IMG/VR virus record: IMGVR_UViG_3300024261_000009
Span: 1-64,000 of that record
DNA: 64,000 nucleotides
DNA from: a virus
Strand: one strand, 5' to 3'
Shown here: positions 35,821 through 46,800 of the stretch, piece after piece
Layout: each line of letters begins with the position of its first letter
Numbering within the stretch: position 1 is the first letter of the stretch
Notes under the pieces: model-generated
Told to the model about the DNA's origin: nothing
Seen by the model: only the letters and a program-made list of their open reading frames with translations
Database searches by the model: none
Made by a program: the position numbers and the translations under genes

Positions 35821-37593
35821 TTTCCACCGTCCCGCGTCCCATTTCCATTTACCCACGAAAGAGTTACCCCAGGCCTGCATAAACCAGGCGGGCAGGTACT
35901 TTGAACTCTTAGAAATAGCTCGAGCGGCGTTCGAGTCTAGTATATAGGTACTGCACCAGTCCTCCTTGTGGCGGCAACCTCTACCGTAGGCCTGAACTAG
36001 TGTTTGAGCCGCCTTTAAGTTGTACCAAGTATCTCCGTCTCTAAGTGCTCTCCGGGCATTAACCTTGCTGTCCCCCAGACTTGCGTAGGGTGTCTTGAGC
36101 AAAACCTGAACCCGAACTCGATCATCGATACCGTTCAGGCCTTCGGTAACGCTAGGTGATACTAACCAAGAATCCTGAGAGGCGAAAAATTTCTCTAACA
36201 GGTGATCCAGATCATCGTCTCTTTCATGCCAGATAAACCTGGCAGCTGCTCCGGGAGACATAAGCTCCTTTAAAGCGGCGGCATTAGAAAAGGAGTGAGT
36301 ATGTATAATCCCCTTGTTTCGTCCGTGTCTCTCAAGGATACCCTCTATAATTTTAGCTGCTTTTGGCAGAGTTTTTTCTAGAGACTTTCTTGACAAGCTT
36401 CCACAAAACTCAGCTATAAGAGGTCTGTTCTCCAGTTCAAAGGTGCTAGGAACGTCCAGAAAGCAAGCTATATCTCTCCCTCTAATCCCGAGGTCTCTTA
36501 AAAACGGGCCTGTGTCCACTGTAGCAGACATTAAGAGAACCCTACCTCCAAAGGAAAACAGGTACTTGTGCGCCAGGGACCCTGCGACTACAGGTTTAAA
36601 AGTCACCCTACCTTTCTCTAAGTAGTACACCCAGTTTTTAGGACTCTCTTTAACGGAGGCTATTAACCACCTAAGGTTGTCTATTAAGCACCCGATTTTT
36701 ATCAACCGGGTTTTGGTGTCATCGGATATCTCTACAGGTTTATCGGCCTCTACAAGAAGGCTGGGATTATCTTCTCTTAGAGATACCAGGGACTTGTCCA
36801 ACCCAGCCCCGGAGCCCTCCACTAGAATACCGAGCTTGCTGAACAAGTACGCGGACTTTCCGATAAGTTTCGGTAAGAGGAGCTCTTCTAGGTACTGACT
36901 CAAGTCGGTAACGGAGGGATCCGTTAAGCTCAGTATTTCTTTTACATGCCATTTCTCTAAATGCTCCCCCAGCCTAATGTTGACGCTAACGAAATCAGAC
37001 ACCCGGCTCTCGACTAGATGAGCCTCGTCAACTATTAAAAGATCTCGCTTATCAAAGGTGCCCGCTAAGTTAGCGTGAGTTAGGAAGCTTGCGTAGTTGT
37101 TAAGACTTAGAGAGGAGTTAACCGCCTCTCTCTTTGCCTGTATGTAGAGGCATTGGTCTCCGTCGTAGCGTTCTTTCGCCCTTGAAGAGCAGTTGTCTCG
37201 TATAAAGGAGAGTCGATCACTTGGAGTCGGTTCTTCGTCTGCTAAGCATCTGGAACAGTCCCTACGAGGGTTACCCCTTTTTACAGCGGTAGTGCAGGAG
37301 TAGTTAGCCTTTCCCCACAGGGAAGAAAGTCCCAAGGACTTGAAGTCCTCTACGTACTGATCCTGTAGGAACCGGTGAGACGCCAAAATGTGAACCTGAC
37401 CGCCAGACTCCCGCACCTTCTGGGCCAAACTAATAGCGACGGCTGATTTTCCGCAGCCTGTAGGCCCTCGAAGGACCATAAATTTTTTTTCTTTTGGTGC
37501 TTCTAGCCCCTCCTCAAGAGCCAGAAGCACGTCCCGTTGGTGAGCGTAAGGTTTCTTACCCTCCAACGGGAAGTGCTCTAGTATACTCTTCAT
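35809..37593 (-). CDS. DinG/XPD-family (SF2) helicase
   Basis: Q-motif PYAHQ, GPTGCGKS, VDEAH, LMSAT, EGLNGIDD, QAYGRGCRHKEDW; Cys cluster after motif Ia. Confidence 0.9.
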   Translation of the reverse strand: MKSILEHFPLEGKKPYAHQRDVLLALEEGLEAPKEKKFMVLRGPTGCGKSAVAISLAQKVRESGGQVHILASHRFLQDQYVEDFKSLGLSSLWGKANYSCTTAVKRGNPRRDCSRCLADEEPTPSDRLSFIRDNCSSRAKERYDGDQCLYIQAKREAVNSSLSLNNYASFLTHANLAGTFDKRDLLIVDEAHLVESRVSDFVSVNIRLGEHLEKWHVKEILSLTDPSVTDLSQYLEELLLPKLIGKSAYLFSKLGILVEGSGAGLDKSLVSLREDNPSLLVEADKPVEISDDTKTRLIKIGCLIDNLRWLIASVKESPKNWVYYLEKGRVTFKPVVAGSLAHKYLFSFGGRVLLMSATVDTGPFLRDLGIRGRDIACFLDVPSTFELENRPLIAEFCGSLSRKSLEKTLPKAAKIIEGILERHGRNKGIIHTHSFSNAAALKELMSPGAAARFIWHERDDDLDHLLEKFFASQDSWLVSPSVTEGLNGIDDRVRVQVLLKTPYASLGDSKVNARRALRDGDTWYNLKAAQTLVQAYGRGCRHKEDWCSTYILDSNAARAISKSSKYLPAWFMQAWGNSFVGKWKWDAGRWKLRA

Positions 37594-37603
37594 ATAGTCT
37601 CTC

Positions 37604-38806
37604 CTAGAGACCTATTTCAGACTCCACAGCCTCCAGGGTCTGGCTTTGGTTCTTAATAGCCTCTATATAGTCTGGCGTTGTAGCCAGCCTTTTATTTAGT
37701 AACCGAAGATACTGTCGGTCTTCCTGAGACCCACAGGCTTGGTGAAACTCAGAGAACAGTTGTCCTCGAATTTGGTCTGGTAGATCCAGGCAGAATTTAC
37801 CTAGATTAGCGGCCAAACTCTTGCTTGGGTTGGGTTTATTGCTAACCATGACGCGGGCGATGTTTCCCACTAAGGTGGTCACCTTGTCTACCCCACCTTC
37901 CTCCAAAGCTAACTTAACTCTTTTTGGAAGATCTTCCTTGGAGCAATAATCTTCGATTATTTCCCGAGGCCCGATAACCATCTCCCTGTGCCGGATAAAG
38001 TCGAATAGACTATCGGTCATTCCCTGACCTATTAGGGACACCATGACAGTGTCTATTTCCGACAGGCTATCCCTAACTGCGCCTATTTCGCAATCAGTAT
38101 GCTGCATAAGAATACTTACGTCCTCCCACGCGGCAGGGTTTGAGTAAACTTGCTCAGCAGCTCGAGCGGCCGTGTCCAGCAAGTGGTTAGGATTAGTCTC
38201 GATATAGTCCACCACTATCGGGTGAAACTCATTCTCCCGAGCGTATTCAAGCCAAGCCCTGCTGTCTTCTCTAACACATAACCACTTGACCCTGCGTCGA
38301 AATGCGTGGTCAGTTTCCAGCTCATTGACTGAGTAGTCCCCACCACTTGGGTTCTGAGCGATTGCTATGTGCCACCCGTCAGGCAGCTTGAAGCTGCCCG
38401 TTCCACGTTGATCCATGAACGCGAATACCGCCGCAGCGGTGGGAGCGGAGGCTCTGTTAACCTCCTCGAAAACCAAGATGCCCTTGTCATGTTTCTTGGT
38501 CATCTCATGGAGACGAATGTCGATCAGGTTTTCGTAGTAGTTACCGTTCTCGGATCTCCAGGGAAGACCTGCGATATCCTCGGGGGGGACCACCTGGGAG
38601 TAGTAGTCAAGGTACCCCCAGCTGTTCTCCTCACAGATCTGCTTGTAAAGCTGGGTTTTGCCTATCCCAGCCTCACCGACTAAGCAGGGAACCTTATCAA
38701 TAGCAAATAGCTGTAGAACAGCCTTCTTTGCCTGCGGTAAACTCTTGATTCCCACGCCGAGTTTTTCCCAGAACTTGTTAACTGAGTCGCCATTTAAGTT
38801 AGACAT
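37604..38806 (-). CDS. MoxR-type AAA+ ATPase
   Basis: GEAGIGKT Walker A, LVFEEVNRA Walker B, AQNP sensor, AFRRR arginine finger. Confidence 0.85.
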   Translation of the reverse strand: MSNLNGDSVNKFWEKLGVGIKSLPQAKKAVLQLFAIDKVPCLVGEAGIGKTQLYKQICEENSWGYLDYYSQVVPPEDIAGLPWRSENGNYYENLIDIRLHEMTKKHDKGILVFEEVNRASAPTAAAVFAFMDQRGTGSFKLPDGWHIAIAQNPSGGDYSVNELETDHAFRRRVKWLCVREDSRAWLEYARENEFHPIVVDYIETNPNHLLDTAARAAEQVYSNPAAWEDVSILMQHTDCEIGAVRDSLSEIDTVMVSLIGQGMTDSLFDFIRHREMVIGPREIIEDYCSKEDLPKRVKLALEEGGVDKVTTLVGNIARVMVSNKPNPSKSLAANLGKFCLDLPDQIRGQLFSEFHQACGSQEDRQYLRLLNKRLATTPDYIEAIKNQSQTLEAVESEIGL

Positions 38807-38955
38807 TTATTTATTCCTCTCTTGGAGTTAGAATATAGAACCGATTACTTTGAAAAATAGCCAAGCTATTTGACCCAGTATCGCGGAAACAACCAGGGGA
38901 AACTCGGACCCCATAGTTAGGATTAAAAGTAGTATGGAACCGAAGATAACGTCCC

Positions 38956-40584
38956 ATGGCCAATGATTATCTGATGAAAACACCTAAAGTCTCCTCGGAG
39001 AAGGGGGAGGATATCCCTCTTGACAGAAAGACTCTGGCGTCCAAATTGTTTCGTTTGGATGGAAAAGATTTTTCCCTAGCGAACTACCCTATGTATGACG
39101 CTATATACAAGGGCACGTGGAAGTCCACACTACTTAAGTGTGGGCGTCAGGTGGGTAAGAGCGTATCAGCAGCTAACTTTACTATTGCAGATAGCATAGC
39201 GATACCCTACTTCAAGACTTTGTACGTTTCGCCAACGTTAAAACAAACGAGTGGGTTCTCGAACACCAGAATCGCTAAAATCATGCGTCACTCGCCTCTA
39301 GTTAAGCATAATTTTATGGGCGACTCCCAGACGGATAATGTTTTCTTAAAGATATTGTCAAACGGAAGTGAAATGATATTCACCTACGCTTTTGATAACC
39401 CCGATAGAGCTCGAGGTTACACCGCGGACCGAGTTCATTACGACGAGGTCCAGGATATACTATATGACGAGGTGGTACCCGTCATTAACGAGTGCATGGC
39501 CAATTCTGACTATGCATACGTTGGTTACACAGGAACTCCTAAGACCATGGAAAACACCATTGAGTATATATGGCAGAATTCCACACAGTCGGAGTGGTGT
39601 ATTAAATGTGATTCTTGCGGGTCTTACTCCTTTTATATTGATGATAAGGGGCTCGGTAAGAAGGGGCTGGAGTGCATAAAATGCAGGAGCCAAGTTAATC
39701 CCAGAAACGGAACTTGGGTTGACATGAATCCCGTTCCTAAAGATACGGATCCGGCTGACCCCGCGTTCTACAGAACTAAGGGGTTTCACATACCCCAGTT
39801 AATACTTCCACTTAATAGTGAGTACCCCGATAGGTGGGCGCGCATACTAGATAAACACGACACCTACAGCCAAAACAAGTTTAAGAATGAGGTTCTAGGT
39901 GTATCTGACTCCATAGGAGCCCGGTTAATATCCCTAGAGGAGCTACATTCCTTCTGTACCCCACATTCTTTTGACTGGGCTCCTACCAAGCCTGTGGGGG
40001 TGGATACTCCTATCGTTGTAGGAGGGGTTGACTGGTCGGGCGGAGGATCCGCGGGTAAGTCTCGTACTGTAGGATGGATCTACGGAGTCCGTGGAGACAA
40101 GCTGAAAACCTTATGGTACAGAATTTACGATGTGGCAAACCCTGTTGATACCGTAGACGAGTTGGCCCGTGTGTTCAGTCTCTTTAATGTCTCCCTCGTT
40201 TTCGGAGATGCTGGGGAGGGGGCTTTAGCTAACAGTGTGCTCAGAAAGAAGCTAGGGGATACTAGGGTATTCCAGGTTCAGTACTCAGGGACGTCCTCCA
40301 GGGCTCCTATATACTGGAATAACCAGGACCGCTACATGGCGGACCGAACAGCGTGTATAGACAACTTTTTATTTGATGTGAAGAGCGGGAAGGTTACCTA
40401 CCCTACAGAGAAAATATCTAAGTTCGCTTTTAGTGACATGTTAAATGTCTTCGAAGAAGTAACCGTGACGGGAAGAAAGGTGTGGAAACACCCTCCAGGC
40501 CTTCCTGACGACGCTCTCCACGCCCAGGTATTCGCTTGGATTGCCGCCAGGGTTACTACTAAGAATCTCAAGTTCTACGCTTAA
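38956..40584 (+). CDS. terL: Terminase large subunit (GpA-like) with zinc-ribbon insertion
   Basis: GRQVGKS Walker A, ARGYTAD..HYDEVQD Walker B, YTGTPK, GVDWSGG nuclease Asp, PDDALHA. Confidence 0.88.
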   Translation: MANDYLMKTPKVSSEKGEDIPLDRKTLASKLFRLDGKDFSLANYPMYDAIYKGTWKSTLLKCGRQVGKSVSAANFTIADSIAIPYFKTLYVSPTLKQTSGFSNTRIAKIMRHSPLVKHNFMGDSQTDNVFLKILSNGSEMIFTYAFDNPDRARGYTADRVHYDEVQDILYDEVVPVINECMANSDYAYVGYTGTPKTMENTIEYIWQNSTQSEWCIKCDSCGSYSFYIDDKGLGKKGLECIKCRSQVNPRNGTWVDMNPVPKDTDPADPAFYRTKGFHIPQLILPLNSEYPDRWARILDKHDTYSQNKFKNEVLGVSDSIGARLISLEELHSFCTPHSFDWAPTKPVGVDTPIVVGGVDWSGGGSAGKSRTVGWIYGVRGDKLKTLWYRIYDVANPVDTVDELARVFSLFNVSLVFGDAGEGALANSVLRKKLGDTRVFQVQYSGTSSRAPIYWNNQDRYMADRTACIDNFLFDVKSGKVTYPTEKISKFAFSDMLNVFEEVTVTGRKVWKHPPGLPDDALHAQVFAWIAARVTTKNLKFYA

Positions 40585-40634
40585 TACGAATTTTGTTGGA
40601 TCAGAGAACTCGAGCTCGGATCTAACCTATATTC

Positions 40635-40761
40635 GGGGCCCGGACGAGGCGAAGCCGAAGTCGCCTTACGGGCCCCAGTACTACTAAGGGAAAGTTACTT
40701 TCCCGGTATGGGAGTTAAAGCTATTAAGCACTTACTTATACCATAATAACGTATGTTATTA
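40635..40761. terminator. Cluster of three hairpins between convergent terL and polA (terminator or processing region)
   Basis: GGGGCCCG/CGGGCCCC plus AGGCGA/TCGCCT (40635-40676); GGGAAAG/CTTTCCC (40688-40704); TAATAAC/GTTATTA (40744-40761); no clear U-tract. Confidence 0.45.
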
Positions 40762-40767
40762 CGGTCT

Positions 40768-43700
40768 CTAAAAGTCTTCCGTTTCCCCGTAAGACACTCC
40801 CACTAAGACATCGTAGGGCATGGGAACTATTATGTCCGGAAACTCTTTTTCTATATGCTGTGTTATGGACCTTTCCAGGAAGGAGCTTAAGTTGTCTAGC
40901 TCGCTCTCAGGGAACTCTGCGCAAATAGAGTCGTGAACAGTTAGCAGAAGCCTCCCTCTAATCTCGGGTAGCATTGTTGATATGTTCTTTAAACAGGACA
41001 TAACTATGTCGCTACAGTAGGACTGAACCAGGAAGTTAACTCCCTGTCTCTGGTTCTTGTTCCTAATTGATCGGTCCATATTTACCATGGGGAATCTTCT
41101 AACCCTGCCGTAGGGAGTAGACACCCTTTTATTAAGCATAATTTCCTTATGAGTCTCGTTTATGTACTCTCTTATTTTCGGAAACCTAGTCATTAGTTTG
41201 TCTATTATTTCTTGGGCCCACTGCTCCTCGAAGCCCATCCTGTCATGTAGTCCTTGAGCAGTGATCCCGTACAATGTGCCAAACACCACCTGCTTGGTCT
41301 CCTTGCGAAGTTTTACGAAGTTAGAGCCCGCTACCTTTCTTCCCTCGTTAACCTCCTCGTAAGAGTATCCGTGGATCTCTGCGGTCATCCAGGAGTGAAC
41401 ATCCAACCCGTCCCTAAGAGCACGTATCAAGCCTTCGTCTGGTGCGAATCTTGTCAAGACGCGCACCTCCGCGCCTGCAAAGTCGAAGTCTACCCAGATG
41501 AGCCTATCTTCCCTAGTCCAACCGTACTTACTGGCCAGACCTACGTTGTAAGCACTGCCCCACCAAGATTCCTTGTGGACGGGTGCGGGAATGAACAGCT
41601 TCTTTATACTCCTCTTTCCTTTTCTACTAGCCACGCTTGGAGGAGTGTTCTGTAGGTTGGGCGAAGAACTAGAGCTTCTCCCTGTCGCTGTTCCGTTTAA
41701 GTGTATAGACCCGTGTATCCTACCGTCTTCCGCGGACAGAGTTTTTAGTCGGTCAACGTATGTTGATTTAGCCTTGGAGACCTTCCGCAGCTCTACTATT
41801 TTTCCGGCTATCTCATAACCCTCTTCGGAGTATTCCTTAAGGACGTCCGCGGTCATCGAAGCCTGGCCCGTAGCGGTTTCCTTTTTTCGTGGCAAACCAT
41901 AGCCCCCGATAAGTACGTCCCCTAGAAACCGAGGGTTGTTTATAACCATGTCCTCCTTGGGTATCCCTAAGTCTTTATTTATCTGAGTCTTTATCTCTTC
42001 TTCGAGAACCAGGGACTCTTCCTGGAGATCCTCTGCTAGGGAAGTGGCGTACTCCTGGTCGAGATAAACTCCTTCAGACTGCATATCCGCAAGGACTTCT
42101 GTTAGGGGTAGGTAGTGCCTGTCCATAAGAGATATGAGATTATGTCTCCCAGTAATCTCCCTCCGCGTAGGATCTTCCTTATAAGCTCTTACCCTCTGCA
42201 TAACGGAGATGGACCTAGTTATGTCCGCATCTATCGCGGCGTACAGGCTTAGTAAATCTACATCCAAGTCCTCGTAGGTGGTCTGCTCTCCTTCTAAGGC
42301 CTGAGAAGATTTAACCTCCATTTTAGCCTCCTTCTCGTAGACCTTGGCCTCCTTCTTCAGGTGCCTAAGCCTCTTCCTGTAAGATTTTAACCATTGGTCG
42401 ATACCATTACGAAGCTCTCGTAGGTTGCTTAAGTTTACCTTTTGTTCCGGGGTTTTATTCTTCTCCTTAGTCAACTCTGATACTGACTTTTTAACCCGGT
42501 CCAGTTCTACCTTTCCGAGGCGAGCGACCTCTCCTTCTGAGGATCCCCTAGGGTATGAGAAAGAGGGCTCCCCTAGTTCGGAAGAGCTAGCTATAAATAC
42601 GGGGTCAACACTACTGGACAGATCCCCGAGTATCTTCTCGTTAGCCAGGGCGTTAAACCCCTCTTTTATGGACTCCTCGTACCCCGCGTACTCAGGTAGG
42701 TAGTTGGTAACTACGCTTTTAAGACTGTAAAAACCCTTACTATCTTCATTTATCATGTGCTCGCCCAGGAGCCCGTCCCACCGAGTATTATTGACACCGC
42801 TTTTTAGCAGTATGGTCTCGTAAGAGACTCCCACCACTCTCTCCAAATTATCCCGATACTGGTCGCTCGTACAAAGATCCCTGAGTTTCGGCATTAGAGC
42901 GTATTTAAACATCTGGTAGTCGTACTTCCAATTCCACCACCCTTTGGGGTGCCTGGACATCGTCATCTTTAGGACGTGCGGAAGAGCTTTTCGCCAGTCG
43001 TATTCTGCTTCTCGGTGGTTTAGCAGTATGGCGCACGCTTTCTTCTCCGCTACGCTGGCGGACACCATTATAATCTTGGCTTCCTGACTCCAAGGTTTCA
43101 GAGTGTTGGTTTCCGTGTCTAAAGCCATTAGAGTATTCCCTATACTCTTTCCGGGGAGAGAGTATGAAGAGTACGCGTCACAGACCGATTCCACTTCTTC
43201 TAGCGTTTTCGGGAGGTCATACCTCTCCCGGAGATGTTCTGGGTCCACAGACTCTAGATTGTCTTTGGCCGCCGCCTCCATAAATGCGGTTCTCATATCA
43301 GACTTAAACATCTCGTAGAGCCCCGCGCTGTCCTTAACCAGCTGTATGGGGGATATAGTCGGGATAACCGTGAAGGAACTCCCGCCAATACTAGCGGACA
43401 TAGCTTGACCCCTTATCTTACGGACACTGCCCGCTATGCCCAATGACTTTATGGGCGCGGATCCCATAGCAAATATAATCTTTGGAGATGCCTTTAAGAT
43501 GCTTCCGTGGGTCATACTTCTAGCGCAGTGAGATATTATCTCCTTATCTAAGGCTCCTGCAGAGCAGTGGACCGCGTACATTAGACGCTTGCCCTTGCTC
43601 ACTGCCTGGATAGGTCCCATCCGGTTAGTATACCGGGGGTCTCTTTTTTCTTCAGAAACTAGATCCTCAATGGCCCCTCGAACGATCCTTCCGGACCGGT

Positions 43701-43839
43701 CGGTAAAGAATCCTCCCCACCCCGGAGGAGAACCTCCCAGGATTAATATTGAGCAAGGGGAAGCCCCTTGACTTAGTTCCATGTTTTCTGATCCATACTC
43801 CCTACATCCAATGCAGGAGCTTGGTTTTATAACTCTCAT
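40768..43839 (-). CDS. polA: Family A DNA polymerase with N-terminal UDG family-4-like domain and 3'-5' exonuclease
   Basis: LDTET (ExoI), YAAIDAD (ExoIII), DFAGAEVR (motif A), RKETKQVVFGTLYG (motif B), TVHDS (motif C); N-terminal CxxC and PKIIFAMGS UDG-like. Confidence 0.93.
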   Translation of the reverse strand: MRVIKPSSCIGCREYGSENMELSQGASPCSILILGGSPPGWGGFFTDRSGRIVRGAIEDLVSEEKRDPRYTNRMGPIQAVSKGKRLMYAVHCSAGALDKEIISHCARSMTHGSILKASPKIIFAMGSAPIKSLGIAGSVRKIRGQAMSASIGGSSFTVIPTISPIQLVKDSAGLYEMFKSDMRTAFMEAAAKDNLESVDPEHLRERYDLPKTLEEVESVCDAYSSYSLPGKSIGNTLMALDTETNTLKPWSQEAKIIMVSASVAEKKACAILLNHREAEYDWRKALPHVLKMTMSRHPKGWWNWKYDYQMFKYALMPKLRDLCTSDQYRDNLERVVGVSYETILLKSGVNNTRWDGLLGEHMINEDSKGFYSLKSVVTNYLPEYAGYEESIKEGFNALANEKILGDLSSSVDPVFIASSSELGEPSFSYPRGSSEGEVARLGKVELDRVKKSVSELTKEKNKTPEQKVNLSNLRELRNGIDQWLKSYRKRLRHLKKEAKVYEKEAKMEVKSSQALEGEQTTYEDLDVDLLSLYAAIDADITRSISVMQRVRAYKEDPTRREITGRHNLISLMDRHYLPLTEVLADMQSEGVYLDQEYATSLAEDLQEESLVLEEEIKTQINKDLGIPKEDMVINNPRFLGDVLIGGYGLPRKKETATGQASMTADVLKEYSEEGYEIAGKIVELRKVSKAKSTYVDRLKTLSAEDGRIHGSIHLNGTATGRSSSSSPNLQNTPPSVASRKGKRSIKKLFIPAPVHKESWWGSAYNVGLASKYGWTREDRLIWVDFDFAGAEVRVLTRFAPDEGLIRALRDGLDVHSWMTAEIHGYSYEEVNEGRKVAGSNFVKLRKETKQVVFGTLYGITAQGLHDRMGFEEQWAQEIIDKLMTRFPKIREYINETHKEIMLNKRVSTPYGRVRRFPMVNMDRSIRNKNQRQGVNFLVQSYCSDIVMSCLKNISTMLPEIRGRLLLTVHDSICAEFPESELDNLSSFLERSITQHIEKEFPDIIVPMPYDVLVGVSYGETEDF

Positions 43840-46800
43840 CTAGATACTCCTGTGTCCCACTCCTCTAGCATTGGGCCGACGTCGTACACGGTGTAGTCTG
43901 AAGTGGCTACGCCTACCTTTAGGTACCTCTTTATACCTCCAGGAACGCGCCTTACGATGTCTTCAGACACGACCATTTCCACGTCAGAGTCTGCCAGTTG
44001 TTTTAGTCTGTTGGGAGTCTCCCTTCTATAAGTGGAAACTCCCCTAAGAACTCCGTGGAGCGCGTCTGCCCAAATAACCACTAACCAGCGATTGTCCTTA
44101 GTACCGTCCTTAGAGTCAAACTCTACGTATCTGACACCACTCTCAGTTTCGTTTAGCAGACTCCTCTCTGTGGGGTCGCTTAGGATAGACCTTACAGTAG
44201 AGTGCCTTATCTCGGAGGTGGGTCTGCTGTACTCGATTGGCGCGCTTAATATGTGCTCGAAAAGAGCATGCTTTTGCGTCCCCTGTATGACCTTCTTTAG
44301 GTACTCGGACTTCGCAATAACAAAGTCTCGTATGAAAACGTGGGGGTTTCTACCGGACAGCCACACCATTGCAGCAGCGATTATAACTCCGTCTAAGAAC
44401 CTACTAGGGATCTCTACCCCCGAGCTTCTCCCGAGCATATTCATGGCTAGGGGGTTGCTATAGGTAACTCTGAGTTCATGTATGTTTTTCAGTAGGTCTG
44501 GGGTGTGTCTAAATACCCCCGTTGTTATCTTTCGTCTAAATTCCCGAAATAAATCCGATCCATATTTTTCTCTAAGCACGACCTTAGGGTTCGGATGGCC
44601 TTCCCTGAGAACCGTGTGGATCTGTATGAAACGGGACACATCAGCTTCATCTCTGAGGTACTGAATTGCAGCGCACCAGAGTTGGCATCTCAGAGTATAA
44701 GACGTAACTTCTTTATTCTCTATATTGCCTCGGACGATTCGAGCTTCGGGGTTTGAAGTTAAAGATCTAACATCCCTCAGTATACCTCTAACGTGAGCAC
44801 TTTGTGCGTTCGACCCCGTGTCCTCGAATTCATCTAAAACAGCACCTAAGGAGCAATTATTCATCTCCTTTCGAAAGCCTGCGGTTGTATAGTTGTCCAT
44901 ACCGAAGGCTGATTCTAACAACCGGTGGTCACCGTCTGCTCCCGTAAGAAGCCCAAGGAACGAGCTTTTTCCGGATCCTCGGGTGCCATTTATTATAGTA
45001 TATAACTGGCGGGGTAGAGCAGAGCAGACGGGGTTTAGCATTATTGCCGCCGCTAAGTACTGACAATCGACGTCCTGATGTTTAAAGCACCACCCTGTGG
45101 ATATTGCTTCTACAAGAAACTCAAAAAGCTTAGGTAAGTCTGATTCGTTTCCCCCTTGAAGGTCCACCACACTAGACAGTTCTTCAGACCAGGAAGGCCT
45201 AATAAGATTAAAATAGTGCTTACCAAGTTTGGGTCCGTCCAGCCTATTCCACCGCAGTGTTCTATCAGTTTGTGACGACTCAGTCCCAACGTAGACATCG
45301 CTGCCGTTTACGATGCACCACCTGTTCTTCGTGGACTCCGCATCTTTATAGGGTATGTAGTGGCAACCGGCTTTCAGTTCTTTCAGCTCACTTAGAGGAG
45401 ACATCTCCTTGATGATCTCTTCGACCGCGATTTTAACGTACTTTTCCTGAAGGGCTTGTTGTTCTAGTAGTGTTAGTTCCCGGATACCATTAGCGGTTAT
45501 CCGCTGCGTTAGGAACTGAGGAACCCCCACCTGCTCTCGAGCCCAGAAGGTAATATTACCTAAGTCACTGCTCAGAGCCGCCTGAAGTTCTGCCGCTCGA
45601 GATGCGTTCCAGCTCCGCATCTCTCTCTTAATTTTATGCCATGCCAGGATTCTACCAACGCCTCCGGCAGTGTCTGTTCCAATAAACATGTATATTGTTC
45701 TTAAGGCTGTAGTAAGCCTACGCACGTACCCCTCTTCAGACTCTTCCTGCCCTATTATAAGCGCACTTATCTCCCCCTTGGAGATATCTGTAAGGATAGC
45801 AGCCTCTTCTACGTACTTGGCTTGCTCTGAAGGGTCCAGTAGGCAGGACCCTTCGTCTATTATGACTTCCCTAACAGCCCTAAGATCGTCTCTGTCCACA
45901 GACCCGAGTCGGTCGTGAAGCCTTTCCAGCACCCACTGATACGCGTACTGGTAGTTCCTTCTATGGCCCCCATCGGTTGCTCTCGCCATCGTGGCGTCTA
46001 ACCACTTAACGCCCCCGTACTTTACGATGGCCTCATCGGGATCCTTGGCACCGACACAGTCCGGCCACGTGAAAACGTGCATAGGTATTCGGTTGTTCCT
46101 AAGCAGGTTTTTTACAATAACGTCCCCGTTGTGCTCCGGTGAGTCCGCTGTCAGTAGACAGGTCTTTATGCCAAAATCTTTTAGTTTATCTAAGTTGGAT
46201 TCCGCAGCCCCCCCAGTAGCCAGGACTATATCGTACTGCATGCCCGCTTGGATTTGGTAGGCCATGTTCGCTATAGAGTCAAACTCGCCTTCCACAATTA
46301 TGGCACTAGAATTAACGGAACTATTAGTTCCTAGTTTAGCTATGTAGTGTTGGAGACCGAAAAACCCCAGGGCGTCATCGGTTTGATCGGACACTTTAAC
46401 AAAGTCTTTTCTCCCGTCGGGGCGTAAAAAATCCGCTCTAAGTTTAATAGCGGATATTTCCGTAGGGGTGCTGTGATACACAAAGGCTAAGGACCCTGTG
46501 TACTCCGCGGTGGTCCACTGTTTTAGATATTCCCGACACCTGTCTGATTCTAGTCCCAGAACCTCGTTCATTATCTTTATAGGAGGAACAACCCCGATAG
46601 GTAAGTGCCTCAGAATTTCGATGTCGTTTCGACAAGGAGCCGGACTTAACACGCCTCTCTTTCTCAGGTAATCTAAGCAAGGCTTAGCAAAATTAAAGGT
46701 GGGGTCCGCTTCCTCGTCCAAAGAAGCTTCAGCCGCCATTCTGAGACAAGTCTTAAGAGCATACTCTGTCGCCTCCCGGGTCTTCTGCATATCTTCGCGC

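Noticed and set aside
40635-40676. GC stem as SRP RNA or tmRNA end
   Set aside because: Lacks the SRP domain IV consensus and a tmRNA acceptor/T-arm or tag ORF
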